A stretch of DNA of 60,209 nucleotides from Candidatus Omnitrophota bacterium (GTDB taxonomy: Bacteria > Omnitrophota > Gorgyraeia > Aquiviventales > Aquiviventaceae), in the NCBI GenBank assembly GCA_023247215.1, contig JAHFGX010000002.1, forward strand, positions 1 to 60,209, read 5' to 3'. The notes beneath the pieces were generated by a model. That model was not told the DNA's origin, did no database searches, and worked only from the letters and a program-made list of their open reading frames with translations. The translations under genes were made by a program, and so were the position numbers. Of this stretch, positions 22,054 through 31,736 are shown piece after piece. How positions within the stretch are numbered: the stretch's first letter is position 1; each line of letters starts with the position of its first letter.

Positions 22054-23739
22054 GTGGAATCGTTCCGGATTTGGAAACTGCTGCCGGCTGATCCGGCGGC
22101 GGGCAGCCTCGCTCAGGCGTGCGGGATCGCCCCCCTGATCGCGCAAATACTGCTGAACCGGGGAGTGCGACGCGCCGAGGACGCCCGGGCATTTTTGCGC
22201 CCGACCTTGAGCACCCTGAGCGATCCGTTCCGCCTGCCGCAGATGGCGGAGGCGGTCGCCGCCATCCGGCAGGCCGTGCGGGCCGGCCGCCTGGTCCTGG
22301 TGTTCGGCGATTCGGATGTAGACGGCATCTCGGCGGCGACGCTGGTGTCGGAGGCGATCACCCGGTTGGGCGGCCGCGTCGCGGTCCGCCTCTCGAACCG
22401 GTTAGCGGACGGGTATGGATTCCCGCCCTCGCGCATTGCGCGGGTGGCGCGGTCCGGCATCGGGCTGGTGATCCTGGTGGATTGCGGGACCAACCAGGCG
22501 GACGAAATCGAGGCGCTCTCGCGGCAGGGCATTCCTACCGTGGTGCTGGACCATCATGTGCCCTCGGGACGCGCCGCACGGCCCGCCGCCCTGGTCAACC
22601 CGCACGTGGGCGACGGCGCAGGGTTCGGGCTCTGCAGCACCGGCCTGGCGGTGAAATTGATTCAAGCCCTCTCTCCGGGTGACCGCGACGCGCTGGAGCG
22701 CAGCCTGGACGTGGCCGCGCTCGGCACGTTGGCGGATTACTCGCCGCTCGCCGGGGACAACCGCGTGCTGGTCACCGAAGGCCTGGCCCGGCTTCTGGAA
22801 AGCCGGCGGCCCGGGCTGCGTCACCTGTGCGACGCGGTCGGCATCAGCTCGGCGCAGCCGGACCAGGTGCTCAAGCGGCTGGTGCCGCGGTTGAACGCCT
22901 GCGGGCGGCTGGGCGGCGCCCGGCCGGTGTGGCGCGCGCTTACCGCGACGTCCGAGGCGGATGCCACCCGCGCTTCCGTGTTGCTGGAGGAGGCGCATGC
23001 CACCACGAAGTCGCTGCATCGCCAGGTGATGACGGATGCCTACAGCCAAGTCAGCCGGCTGCATTTTCGGGATCATCAGGTGTTGGTCGTGGGCCGGCGC
23101 GGTTGGCCGGCGGGGTTGATGGGGCCGTTGGCATCTGCGCTGGTCCAGCAATATGCGCGCCCGGTGGTGGCCTTGGCGCTGGATGAGCGCGTGGGCGTGG
23201 GATCAGGCCGCGCGCCGGAGCCATTCAACCTCTTCGAGGCGCTGCGGTCGTGCGAGCGGATGTTGCTGCGGTACGGCGGGCATGCGCGGGCGTGCGGATT
23301 GACGCTCGCCAGCGGCGACTTCGAGGCTTTCCGGGCTCAGATCAACCAGTACGCGCAAGCCGCGCCGCTTCCGGACCACGGACGCCGCACGCTGCTGATT
23401 GATGCGGACGCGCGCGTCTCAGACCTCAGCCACGCCCTCGTCGAGCAGATGGACGCCTTAAAGCCGTTTGGCATCGGGAACCCGAAGCCGACCGTGCTCC
23501 TGCGCGGCGTGACGATTCGTGCCGGGGAAGGCGGCGGCGCCTGGATCGAGGACGGGGGCTACCGGCTGCGGATTCGGGGCAAGCTACCGCCGGGCGAGTC
23601 CACGGGAGCTTACGACGTCGTGGTCGCGCCGACGCTCATCAATGCCGAGCCGGCTGCGACGGTCTGCGATCTGCGCGCCCGCCCCGGCGACGAGTCCTCC
23701 CGGCGGGCCGGGGAATCGCTTCCCGCCGTATCAGCGTGA
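22054..23739 (+). CDS. recJ: single-stranded-DNA-specific exonuclease RecJ
   Basis: DHH motifs (VFGDSDVDGISA, DCG, DHH) and DHHA1 GGH. GTG start. Confidence 0.9.
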   Translation: MESFRIWKLLPADPAAGSLAQACGIAPLIAQILLNRGVRRAEDARAFLRPTLSTLSDPFRLPQMAEAVAAIRQAVRAGRLVLVFGDSDVDGISAATLVSEAITRLGGRVAVRLSNRLADGYGFPPSRIARVARSGIGLVILVDCGTNQADEIEALSRQGIPTVVLDHHVPSGRAARPAALVNPHVGDGAGFGLCSTGLAVKLIQALSPGDRDALERSLDVAALGTLADYSPLAGDNRVLVTEGLARLLESRRPGLRHLCDAVGISSAQPDQVLKRLVPRLNACGRLGGARPVWRALTATSEADATRASVLLEEAHATTKSLHRQVMTDAYSQVSRLHFRDHQVLVVGRRGWPAGLMGPLASALVQQYARPVVALALDERVGVGSGRAPEPFNLFEALRSCERMLLRYGGHARACGLTLASGDFEAFRAQINQYAQAAPLPDHGRRTLLIDADARVSDLSHALVEQMDALKPFGIGNPKPTVLLRGVTIRAGEGGGAWIEDGGYRLRIRGKLPPGESTGAYDVVVAPTLINAEPAATVCDLRARPGDESSRRAGESLPAVSA

Positions 23740-23774
23740 TGCAGGGGAGCCCGAGCGGGATCGAGGAGCGGACT

Positions 23775-24011
23775 CTACTGGATCTTACGGATGCGCCCGT
23801 TTCGGATGCACGCCGTGCACACGCGAACCCGGGCGACCGTCCCGTTCAGCAGAATCTTGGCTGACTGGAGATTTGGCAGGAACCGCCGCTTATTCTTCCG
23901 CGTGGTTCGGCGACCCACCCCGCCTTGCTTTTTCGCCTTCCCACGGCGTGAGTACGACCGTCCCGCGACGGGTCCTTTCCGACAGATGGCACATCCCGAA
24001 GTCGTTGACAT
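23775..24011 (-). CDS. rpmB: 50S ribosomal protein L28
   Basis: 78-aa C-terminal part of the tracked ORF: C.IC.KGP..G...S.........RRFLPNLQ, the L28 signature. ATG at 24011. Confidence 0.8.
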   Translation of the reverse strand: MSTTSGCAICRKGPVAGRSYSRRGKAKKQGGVGRRTTRKNKRRFLPNLQSAKILLNGTVARVRVCTACIRNGRIRKIQ

Positions 24012-24020
24012 GGTAGGCGC

Positions 24021-24027
24021 TATTATA
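24021..24027. promoter_or_regulatory. overlapping divergent -10 boxes (TATTAT on +, TATAAT on -) for recG and rpmB
   Basis: The 27-bp intergenic region contains TATTATA. It lies 12 nt from the recG ATG and 10 nt from the rpmB ATG. Confidence 0.4.
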
Positions 24028-24038
24028 CGCGAGCCAGC

Positions 24039-26117
24039 ATGACCCGCCAAGCCCCTTTGTCGGGACCGGCTCCCCACACGCCGATTCAATATCTCAAAGG
24101 CGTGGGACCGGCCCGGGCGGCCCGCCTTGCGCGCCTGGAGGTGAAGACGGCGGAGGATCTGCTCTGGCTCGCGCCCCGCCGCTATGAGGACCGCAGCCGG
24201 TTCGCGTCCATCCGCGAGGCGCAGCCCGGCGCGGCCGTCACCATCCAGGGGCGCGTGCTGGCCTCGGCCCTCCGGCGTTTGCCGAAAGGCCGCACCCTTC
24301 TGGAGGCCACCGTCGGGGATAGCACCGGCACGCTGCGGTGCCTCTGGTTCAACCAGCCCTATTTGGCCCGGCAGATCCGGGACGGCGAGGACGTCATCCT
24401 GTTCGGGGAAGTGGAGGGCCGCGCGCGCCTGCAAATGGTCCATCCGGAGCTGGAGCGGGTGAACCAGGACGCGTCCCAGGACGACGAGGCGCATCTGCAT
24501 GTCGGGCGGATCGTTCCGATCTATCCCTTAACGGAAGGGATCGGCCAACGATGGCTTCGGCGGATCGTCAAGACTGCGCTGGATCGCGTGGCGGCCGCCG
24601 TGCCGGAGCCGCTGCCGGAGGAGCTTCGCCGCCGCCTGAAGCTGGCGGAGGTGGGATGGGCGCTGCCCCAGCTTCATTTTCCGGACTCCTGGGACACGCT
24701 CGAGCAGGCGCGCTCCCGCCTGGCGTTCGATGAGCTGTTTCTCATGCAGCTCCGCCTGGCATTGCGGCGCGCCCGGTTCGCGCAGCGCACCAAGCCCCAG
24801 CGCTACCAGCTCGATGGCCCGCTGGCCCGGGCGTTCCGCCGGCAGCTGCCCTTTGCCTTGACCGCCTCCCAGGAGCAGGTGCTGCAGGACATCCTGGACG
24901 ATGTGAGCCGCACCACACCGATGCTGCGGCTGTTGCAGGGGGACGTGGGGTGCGGAAAAACCGTGGTGGCCGCCCTGGCGATCGCGGTGGCCATCCAAAG
25001 CGGGTTTCAGGCGGCGCTGATGGCGCCGACGGAGCTGCTGGCTGCGCAGCATGCGCGCGTCTTGCGGGACGCGTTTGAGCCGCTCGGCGTGCGGGTGGCG
25101 CTGTTGGCCGGCGGGACCGAGTCGGGGGAGCGCGCCGACGTGCTGCGCCGCATCGCCGCGGGGACCGCCGATCTCATTATCGGCACCCATGCGCTGCTGG
25201 AGCCATCGGTGGCGTTTGCCAAGCTGGCGCTGGTGGTGATTGACGAGCAGCATAAGTTCGGCGTCACCCAGCGCGCCGCGCTGGTGCGCAAGGCGGCGGC
25301 GCCGGACCTGCTGGTCATGACCGCCACCCCCATCCCGCGCACGTTGGCGTTATCGCTGTACGGTGATTTGACCTGCTCGACGATCATCGAGCTTCCGGCC
25401 GGCCGCCAACCGGTCCGGACCCTCTGGTTTCCGGAGGCGAAGCGGCAGGAGGCCTACCGCCTGATCCGCGCGGCGCTGCAAGAAGGCCGGCAGGGATACA
25501 TCGTCTATCCCCTGGTGGACGCGGAGGAGGGCAAGGAGCTTAAAGCCGCAACCCAGATGGCCCGCCATCTCCAAGCGGAGGTGTTTCCCGACAAGGCGAT
25601 TGAGTTGATCCACGGGCAGATGCCCACGACGGCGCAGGAGCGCGTCATGCGCAATTTTGCCTCCGGGACGACGCGATTGCTGGTCTCCACCGTGGTCATC
25701 GAGGTCGGCTTGGACGTGCCGAATGCCACCGTCATGCTGATCGAGCATGCGGAGCGGTTCGGGCTGTCTCAGCTGCACCAGCTCCGCGGGCGGATCGGGC
25801 GGGGCGCGCATCCGGCCACCTGCACGGTGCTCAGCGATGCGTCGGATGAGCTCTCGCGGCAGCGGCTCGCATCGTTCGTTGGCACGACCGACGGCTTCCA
25901 ATTGGCGGAGCGTGACTTGATGCTGCGCGGGCCGGGCGAGCTATTGGGACGGGACCAGCATGGGTGGTGGCGGTTCCGCGTGGCGGACCTGGCGCGGGAT
26001 GCGCGCCTGCTGGAGGACGCCCGGCGCGAGGCGTTTGCGCTGGTGGCGCGCGATCCAGCATTGAGCGGACCGTCGCTGGCCCGCCTTCGAGCGAAGCTGG
26101 GGATCACGAGGAGATGA
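24039..26117 (+). CDS. recG: ATP-dependent DNA helicase RecG
   Basis: Wedge domain, helicase motifs GDVGCGKT, DEQHKFG, TATPIPRT, and the TRG motif QLRGRIGRG. Confidence 0.95.
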   Translation: MTRQAPLSGPAPHTPIQYLKGVGPARAARLARLEVKTAEDLLWLAPRRYEDRSRFASIREAQPGAAVTIQGRVLASALRRLPKGRTLLEATVGDSTGTLRCLWFNQPYLARQIRDGEDVILFGEVEGRARLQMVHPELERVNQDASQDDEAHLHVGRIVPIYPLTEGIGQRWLRRIVKTALDRVAAAVPEPLPEELRRRLKLAEVGWALPQLHFPDSWDTLEQARSRLAFDELFLMQLRLALRRARFAQRTKPQRYQLDGPLARAFRRQLPFALTASQEQVLQDILDDVSRTTPMLRLLQGDVGCGKTVVAALAIAVAIQSGFQAALMAPTELLAAQHARVLRDAFEPLGVRVALLAGGTESGERADVLRRIAAGTADLIIGTHALLEPSVAFAKLALVVIDEQHKFGVTQRAALVRKAAAPDLLVMTATPIPRTLALSLYGDLTCSTIIELPAGRQPVRTLWFPEAKRQEAYRLIRAALQEGRQGYIVYPLVDAEEGKELKAATQMARHLQAEVFPDKAIELIHGQMPTTAQERVMRNFASGTTRLLVSTVVIEVGLDVPNATVMLIEHAERFGLSQLHQLRGRIGRGAHPATCTVLSDASDELSRQRLASFVGTTDGFQLAERDLMLRGPGELLGRDQHGWWRFRVADLARDARLLEDARREAFALVARDPALSGPSLARLRAKLGITRR

Positions 26118-26680
26118 TCCGCGTGGCATCGGGGGCGCTGCGCGGGATGTCGCTGGCCGTGCCCCGGCACATCCGCGCGACCGAGTCAAAGGTCCGGCAG
26201 GCGCTGTTCAACATTGTGGGCGATGCCGTCCAGGGCGCCAGCGTTGTGGATGGGTTTGCCGGCAGCGGCGCGCTGGGCATTGAGGCGCTCTCGCGTGGGG
26301 CAAGCCGGGTCGTGTTTTTGGAAGCGCACCCGGAGTCGCTGGACGCCATCCGGCGGAATCTGGCGCAGATCGCCCCGGGCCGGGTGGGCGGGAGCTGGGA
26401 CGTCCTACCGGGGGATGCCGCCAACAGCCTGCAGTCGCTGGCGGCGCGGGGATTCACGGCCGACCTGGTGCTGCTGGACCCCCCCTACGACGAGGAAACG
26501 GGGAAAAAGGCCTTGAACGACCTCGCCTCGTGTGGTATTCTCACCCCCGCGAGTCTTCTATGTCTCGAACATCCGCGGTGGAGCGCGCTGCCTCCGACGG
26601 TCGGCTTGCTTGCGCGCGTGCGGCAGCACCGGTATGGTGAGACGGTGCTTTCTTTTTACCACCACCAGCGCATCCCATGA
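26114..26680 (+). CDS. rsmD: 16S rRNA (guanine966-N2)-methyltransferase RsmD
   Basis: RATESKVRQALFNIVG, DGFAGSGALGIEALSRGA and the LLDPPY motif. ATGA overlap with recG. Confidence 0.85.
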   Translation: MIRVASGALRGMSLAVPRHIRATESKVRQALFNIVGDAVQGASVVDGFAGSGALGIEALSRGASRVVFLEAHPESLDAIRRNLAQIAPGRVGGSWDVLPGDAANSLQSLAARGFTADLVLLDPPYDEETGKKALNDLASCGILTPASLLCLEHPRWSALPPTVGLLARVRQHRYGETVLSFYHHQRIP

Positions 26681-27177
26681 TCAGACGGGCGATCTATCCA
26701 GGCACCTTTGACCCGGTCACCTACGGGCATATTGACCTCATTCAGCGGGCGCTGAAGATCGTGGATGAGGTCATCGTCGCCGTGGCGCACAACCCGGCCA
26801 AGGGGCCGCTCTTCAGCGTGTCGGAGCGGGTGGCCCTCTTGAAGCGGGCGACCCGGGGGATGCGCGGGGTCCGGGTGGATGATTTCGATTCGCTGGTCGT
26901 GGACTACTGCCGCCGCCAGCGCGCCTCCGTCATGATCCGGGGGGTGCGGATGGTGTCGGATTTCGAGTACGAGTTTCAGATGGCCTTGACCAACCGGAAG
27001 CTGTCCACCCAGGTCGAAACCATTTTTCTCATGCCCAAAGACGCCTATGCGTACCTCTCGGCGCGGCTGATTAAGGAAGCCGGCGCCTTGGGGGCGGATC
27101 TCTCGGCGTTCGTGCCGCGGTTCGTGGAAGCGGCGTTGAAACGCAAGCTGGCAGAAGAATCGGAGGCGATCCGATGA
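26677..27177 (+). CDS. coaD: phosphopantetheine adenylyltransferase
   Basis: AIYPGTFDPVTYGHIDLI, ...IRGVR..SDFEYE motifs. Confidence 0.95.
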   Translation: MIRRAIYPGTFDPVTYGHIDLIQRALKIVDEVIVAVAHNPAKGPLFSVSERVALLKRATRGMRGVRVDDFDSLVVDYCRRQRASVMIRGVRMVSDFEYEFQMALTNRKLSTQVETIFLMPKDAYAYLSARLIKEAGALGADLSAFVPRFVEAALKRKLAEESEAIR

Positions 27178-27578
27178 AAATCCAGGTGAACCGTATCCCG
27201 TTTGAGGGGCTCCACGAGGACGCCGTCTACGATCCCAAGGCGTTGGACTTGGACCGGGCCGACATCCATGTCGAGCCGCCGGTCAGCGTCTCCTCCGTGG
27301 TGACGCTGGCCGACCGGGAGCTGGTCGTGGAGGCCACCATCCAGTGCCGGCTGCACCTGTCCTGTTCCAGATGCCTGTGCGGGTTCGAGCGGCCGCTGCA
27401 GGCGAACGCCATGCTGAGCTACCCGGTCCGGGCGACGGACGTGGTGGATGTGACGGACGATATCCGTCAGGAAATCATTTTGGCGTATCCGATGATCCCG
27501 GTGTGCCAGGAGGGCTGCCGGGGATTGTGTAGGACGTGCGGGCAGAATTTAAATCTGACGTCGTGCCAGCATCCGTAG
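27174..27578 (+). CDS. yceD: YceD/DUF177 family protein
   Basis: Conserved position upstream of rpmF-plsX; C..C...C.C cysteine motifs and a C-terminal CQE.C.GLC..CG.NLN. Confidence 0.75.
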   Translation: MKIQVNRIPFEGLHEDAVYDPKALDLDRADIHVEPPVSVSSVVTLADRELVVEATIQCRLHLSCSRCLCGFERPLQANAMLSYPVRATDVVDVTDDIRQEIILAYPMIPVCQEGCRGLCRTCGQNLNLTSCQHP

Positions 27579-27591
27579 GAGGTAATTCGCC

Positions 27592-27786
27592 ATGCCGTTG
27601 CCGAAACGCAAGCATTCCCAATCCCGGCGCGACAAGCGGCGCACGCACTGGAAAATTGCGCGCCCCAGCTTGAGCCGCTGCCCCCAGTGCAGCCATGCCG
27701 GCGTGTCGCATCGGGTGTGCCCCAACTGCGGGTTCTACCGCGGTCGCGCGGTGATCGCGGTCAAGAAGTCCGCGCCATCCTCGTGA
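27592..27786 (+). CDS. rpmF: 50S ribosomal protein L32
   Basis: MPLPKRKHSQSRRDKRRTH... C.QC....HRVC.NCG.Y. Confidence 0.9.
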   Translation: MPLPKRKHSQSRRDKRRTHWKIARPSLSRCPQCSHAGVSHRVCPNCGFYRGRAVIAVKKSAPSS

Positions 27787-27811
27787 CGCCTGAACTGAGG
27801 AGACTCCCCGG

Positions 27812-28828
27812 GTGAACATCGCCTTGGATGCCATGGGTGGGGATGCCGCCCCGGAAACGCCGGTCGCCGGGGCGGTGCGCGCCGCCCGGGATTTTCCCGA
27901 GCTGGGGATCGTGCTGATCGGCGACCGGGCCGCCGTTGAGCAACAGTTGGCCCGGCATCCCAAGCCGCCCGCCAACCTTTCCATCATCCACGCATCCGAG
28001 GTCATCGGCATGGAAGAGTCGCCGGTGGCCAGCATCCGCAAGAAGCGCGACTCGTCCATCAATGTCGGAATCGAGCAGTTGAAATCCGGCGAGGTGGACG
28101 CCTTCATCTCGGCCGGGAACACCGGGGCCATGGCCTCCGCCGCCACGCTCTTTCTCGGACTCCTGCCCGGCATTGAACGGCCCGGCATCGCCATCGTTTT
28201 GCCTGGCGTGAAGGGGGACACCTTGCTCATTGACGTTGGAGCCAATATTGCCCCCAAACCCTCGCACCTGTTTCAGTACGCTCTGATGGGCGAGGCCTAT
28301 GCGCGCTTCGTGCTCGAGCACGAACGGCCCACCGTGGGGCTCTTGAACGTCGGCGAGGAAGAGACGAAGGGCACCGACGCCAGCCGGCAGACGTATGCCA
28401 TGCTCGAGGCCTCGGACATCAACTTCGTGGGCAACGTGGAGGGGCGGGACATCTTCAGCGGGGAGTACAACGTGATCGTCTGCGACGGGTTCGCCGGCAA
28501 CGTGGCGCTGAAGACCGCGGAGAGCCTCGCCTATGCGATCAGCCAGGTGCTCAAGCGCACGCTGGCGATGAGCTTCATGACCCGCTTGGGCGCATGGCTG
28601 TCCCGGGCGGCGTTCGAGGCGTTGCGCAAAGAGATTGATTATGCCGAGCATGGCGGGGCGCCGCTCCTGGGCGTCAACGGCGTGTGCATCATCGCCCACG
28701 GCGCGTCCTCGGCCAAAGCCATCAAGAACGCCGTCCGGGTGGCCTACGAGTCCGTCCGCCATCACTCCAACCAGCACCTGATCGAAGCCATCCAGCACGC
28801 CGCCGCGACCGCGCCGCGCCAGGCCTGA
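27812..28828 (+). CDS. plsX: phosphate acyltransferase PlsX
   Basis: IALDAMGGD.AP, SAGNTGA, GFAGNVALKT, LLGVNG..I..HG.S. Confidence 0.95.
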   Translation: MNIALDAMGGDAAPETPVAGAVRAARDFPELGIVLIGDRAAVEQQLARHPKPPANLSIIHASEVIGMEESPVASIRKKRDSSINVGIEQLKSGEVDAFISAGNTGAMASAATLFLGLLPGIERPGIAIVLPGVKGDTLLIDVGANIAPKPSHLFQYALMGEAYARFVLEHERPTVGLLNVGEEETKGTDASRQTYAMLEASDINFVGNVEGRDIFSGEYNVIVCDGFAGNVALKTAESLAYAISQVLKRTLAMSFMTRLGAWLSRAAFEALRKEIDYAEHGGAPLLGVNGVCIIAHGASSAKAIKNAVRVAYESVRHHSNQHLIEAIQHAAATAPRQA

Positions 28829-29826
28829 TGGCGGCGCGCGCCTCCACCTCCAAGCGGATCGGCATTGTCGGCGTGGGGATGCACGTCCCCTCCAAGGTGC
28901 TTACCAACCAGGAGCTGGCGCGGACGGTGGAGACCTCCGACGAGTGGATCCGCAGCCGCACCGGCATCCGCGAGCGCCGGATCATCGAACCCGGCATGGC
29001 CACCAGCGACCTGGCCATCCCCGCCGCGCGCCAGGCGCTGAAATCCGCCGGGCTCCACGGCAAGGACGTGGATCTGATCCTCGTGGCCACCACCTCTCCG
29101 GATATGCTGTTCCCCTCGACCGCCTGCCTGCTCCAGCGGGCGCTGGGCGCGAAGTCCGCCGTCTGCTTTGACCTGTCGGCGGCGTGCTCCGGCTCGGTCT
29201 TCGCCATGATCACGGCGCGGCAATACCTCGTGGACGGATCCTACAAGCGGGCGTTGGTGGTCGGGGCGGAAGTGCTCTCGAATTTCATTGATTGGACCGA
29301 CCGCTCCACCTGCGTGCTCTTCGGCGATGGGGCCGGGGCGTGCGTGATGGCGCCGGTGTCCCGCGGAGGGATTGTGGCGACCGACATGGGCTCGGACGGC
29401 TCGGCGGCGGACCTGCTCTACATGCCGGGCGGCGGCTCCAAGTATCCGCCGTCGCACGCATCGGTGGACCAGCGGCTGCACTTCCTGCGCATGAACGGCG
29501 GGGAGATCTTCAAGCTGGCGGTGCGCCGGATGGCCGGCTCGGTGAAAACCGTCCTCAAGGCGGCGCATCGGAAGCCGGAGGAGCTGGAGTGCTGCATTCC
29601 GCACCAGGCGAACATCCGCATCATCGAGGCGGTGGCGAAGTGGTCCGGGCTGCCGATGGAGCGTATGTTCGTCAACGTGGACCGATACGGGAACACCTCC
29701 GCGGCGTCCAACCTCATCGCCCTCTATGAGGCGGCAGAGGAAGGGCGTATCCAGCGGGGCGACCTCGTGGTGCTGGTGGCGTTCGGGGCCGGGCTGACGT
29801 GGGGATCGGTGCTGCTGGAATGGTGA
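28828..29826 (+). CDS. fabH: 3-oxoacyl-ACP synthase III
   Basis: Start at ATG 28828 (overlaps the plsX stop). TSDEWIRSRTGIRERR, active-site AACSG, HQANIRI, GNTSAAS. Confidence 0.95.
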   Translation: MAARASTSKRIGIVGVGMHVPSKVLTNQELARTVETSDEWIRSRTGIRERRIIEPGMATSDLAIPAARQALKSAGLHGKDVDLILVATTSPDMLFPSTACLLQRALGAKSAVCFDLSAACSGSVFAMITARQYLVDGSYKRALVVGAEVLSNFIDWTDRSTCVLFGDGAGACVMAPVSRGGIVATDMGSDGSAADLLYMPGGGSKYPPSHASVDQRLHFLRMNGGEIFKLAVRRMAGSVKTVLKAAHRKPEELECCIPHQANIRIIEAVAKWSGLPMERMFVNVDRYGNTSAASNLIALYEAAEEGRIQRGDLVVLVAFGAGLTWGSVLLEW

Positions 29827-30764
29827 GGAGCGGGATTGGATATCTCTTTCCAGGGCAGGGGGCGCAGGCGGTCGGCATGGGCCGAGCCTGGTACGACCGG
29901 GTGCCGGAGGCCCGCGAGCTCTATCGCCAGGCCAACTCCCGCCTGGGATGGGATCTGGCCGCACTCTGTTTTGAAGGTCCGGCGGAGGAGTTGGCCAAAA
30001 CCGAGCGGTGCCAGTTGGCGTTGTTTGTGACATCGCTGGCCGGGCTCGAAGGGTTGCGGGCGCTGGCACCGGAGGCCTCGCCATCGGCGATGGCCGGGTT
30101 GAGCCTGGGGGAACTGACGGCGCTGGCCGCAGGCGGCGCCTATTCGTTCGCCGACGGCCTCTACCTGGTGCAGGCGCGCGCGGAAGCCATGGCGGAGTGC
30201 GCCGCGCGCCATCCTGGCGCGATGCTCGCAGTGGTCGGGCTGACGCGCGATGCGATCGAGGACACCTGCCGGCGCACCGGCGCGGTGCTGGCCAACTTCA
30301 ACGCGCCGGATCAGCTGGTGGTATCGGGCCCGGTCTCCGCCGTGGAGCAGGCGGCGGCGGCGCTGAAGGGATCCGGGGCAAAGCGGGTCGCGCGGCTGGA
30401 GGTGAGCGGGGCGTTTCACTCGCCGCTGATGCAGCCGGCCGCCGACGCCTTCCGGCGCGCGCTGGAGCGCGTCACGATCTCTGCGCCGCGCGTGCCGGTG
30501 ATCAGCAACGTGACGGCCACGCCGGCCGCCACGCCCGAGGAGATCCGCGATCTCTTGGTGAAGCAGATCGTCAGTCCCGTGCTGTGGGAGCCGTCCGTCC
30601 GGCGGCTCATCCAGGATGGGATGCGCTCGTGCGTGGAGTTCCCGCCGGCCCGCGTCCTCAGTGGGCTGCTGCGCCGCATTGATCCGGCGGTCAAGGCTGC
30701 CCTGCTGAACGAGCCCGACGACCTTCCCAAACTCTCCGAACTCCTAGCTAGCGCGTCGCGCTAA
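29820..30764 (+). CDS. fabD: malonyl CoA-ACP transacylase
   Basis: YLFPGQGAQ.VGMG, GLSLGE active-site serine, and SGAFHSPLM. ATGGTGA overlap with fabH. Confidence 0.9.
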   Translation: MVRSGIGYLFPGQGAQAVGMGRAWYDRVPEARELYRQANSRLGWDLAALCFEGPAEELAKTERCQLALFVTSLAGLEGLRALAPEASPSAMAGLSLGELTALAAGGAYSFADGLYLVQARAEAMAECAARHPGAMLAVVGLTRDAIEDTCRRTGAVLANFNAPDQLVVSGPVSAVEQAAAALKGSGAKRVARLEVSGAFHSPLMQPAADAFRRALERVTISAPRVPVISNVTATPAATPEEIRDLLVKQIVSPVLWEPSVRRLIQDGMRSCVEFPPARVLSGLLRRIDPAVKAALLNEPDDLPKLSELLASASR

Positions 30765-31729
30765 CTTACGGCCATCATGCGCTCGATCGGCACGAGCGCG
30801 CGTCGGGCCAGCGTGGGATCCACGGTGATCCGGTGTTGGAGGGTGGCCAACGACCACAGGACTTTCTTCAAGGTATTGCGCTGCATGTGGTGGCAGGCGG
30901 CCTGCTCGCTGGCGGGGAGGAACGTCTTCTCCGGGTTGTCCTTCTGCATCCGGGAGAGGATGCCGGTTTCGGTCGCGATGATGAAGGTCTTGGCCGGCGA
31001 GGTCCGCACGTGCTGGACCATCCCCTCGGTCGAGAGGATCTTATCGGCGAGATCCATTTGTTTGGTCAGGCAGCCGCATTCCGGGTGCATGAGGAACTCC
31101 GCATCCGGGTGCGCGTCCCGCAAGGCGTCCACCCGCTCCGGAAGGATCACCGCATGCGCCGGGCAGTAGCCCTTCCACACCTCGATGTTCCGCTTGGTCT
31201 TGGTTTTCAGGTAGGTCCCCAGGTAGTAGTCCGGCACGAACAGGATCTCGCGGTCCGCCGGGATGCTCTCGATCACGTTGATCCCGTTGGCGGAGGTGCA
31301 GCAGTAGTCGCACTCCGCTTTGACGGCGGCGGAGGTGTTGACGTAACAGACCACCACGCCCTGCGAGTGCGCCGCCTTCCACTGGCGGATCTGATGGGGG
31401 ACGACCATGTCCGCCAGGGAGCAGCCGGCTTGCAGGTCCGGGATCAGCACGAGCTTGGCGGGGTTGAGCATGGCGGCGGTTTCCGCCATGAAATGCACGC
31501 CGCAGAAGACGATGATCTTGGCGGAGGTCGCCCTGGCCTGCTTCGCCAGGTTCAGCGAATCCCCGGTGAAGTCGGCCACGTCCTGAATATCGCTCTCCTG
31601 GTAGTTATGCGCCAGGATCACGGCGTCGCGCTCGCGCGCCAGTCGGCGGACTTCCGTTTTCAACTGGTCCGAAGAGACGCGCACCTGGTGGTGGTGTCCG
31701 TTCGTGAGGGTCGTGGTGGTGAGCTCCAT
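30761..31729 (-). CDS. nadA: quinolinate synthase
   Basis: ILAHNYQ...IQDVADFTGDSL, CGVHFMAETA, and C..M cluster ligands. Confidence 0.95.
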   Translation of the reverse strand: MELTTTTLTNGHHHQVRVSSDQLKTEVRRLARERDAVILAHNYQESDIQDVADFTGDSLNLAKQARATSAKIIVFCGVHFMAETAAMLNPAKLVLIPDLQAGCSLADMVVPHQIRQWKAAHSQGVVVCYVNTSAAVKAECDYCCTSANGINVIESIPADREILFVPDYYLGTYLKTKTKRNIEVWKGYCPAHAVILPERVDALRDAHPDAEFLMHPECGCLTKQMDLADKILSTEGMVQHVRTSPAKTFIIATETGILSRMQKDNPEKTFLPASEQAACHHMQRNTLKKVLWSLATLQHRITVDPTLARRALVPIERMMAVS

Positions 31730-31736
31730 GGCGAAC

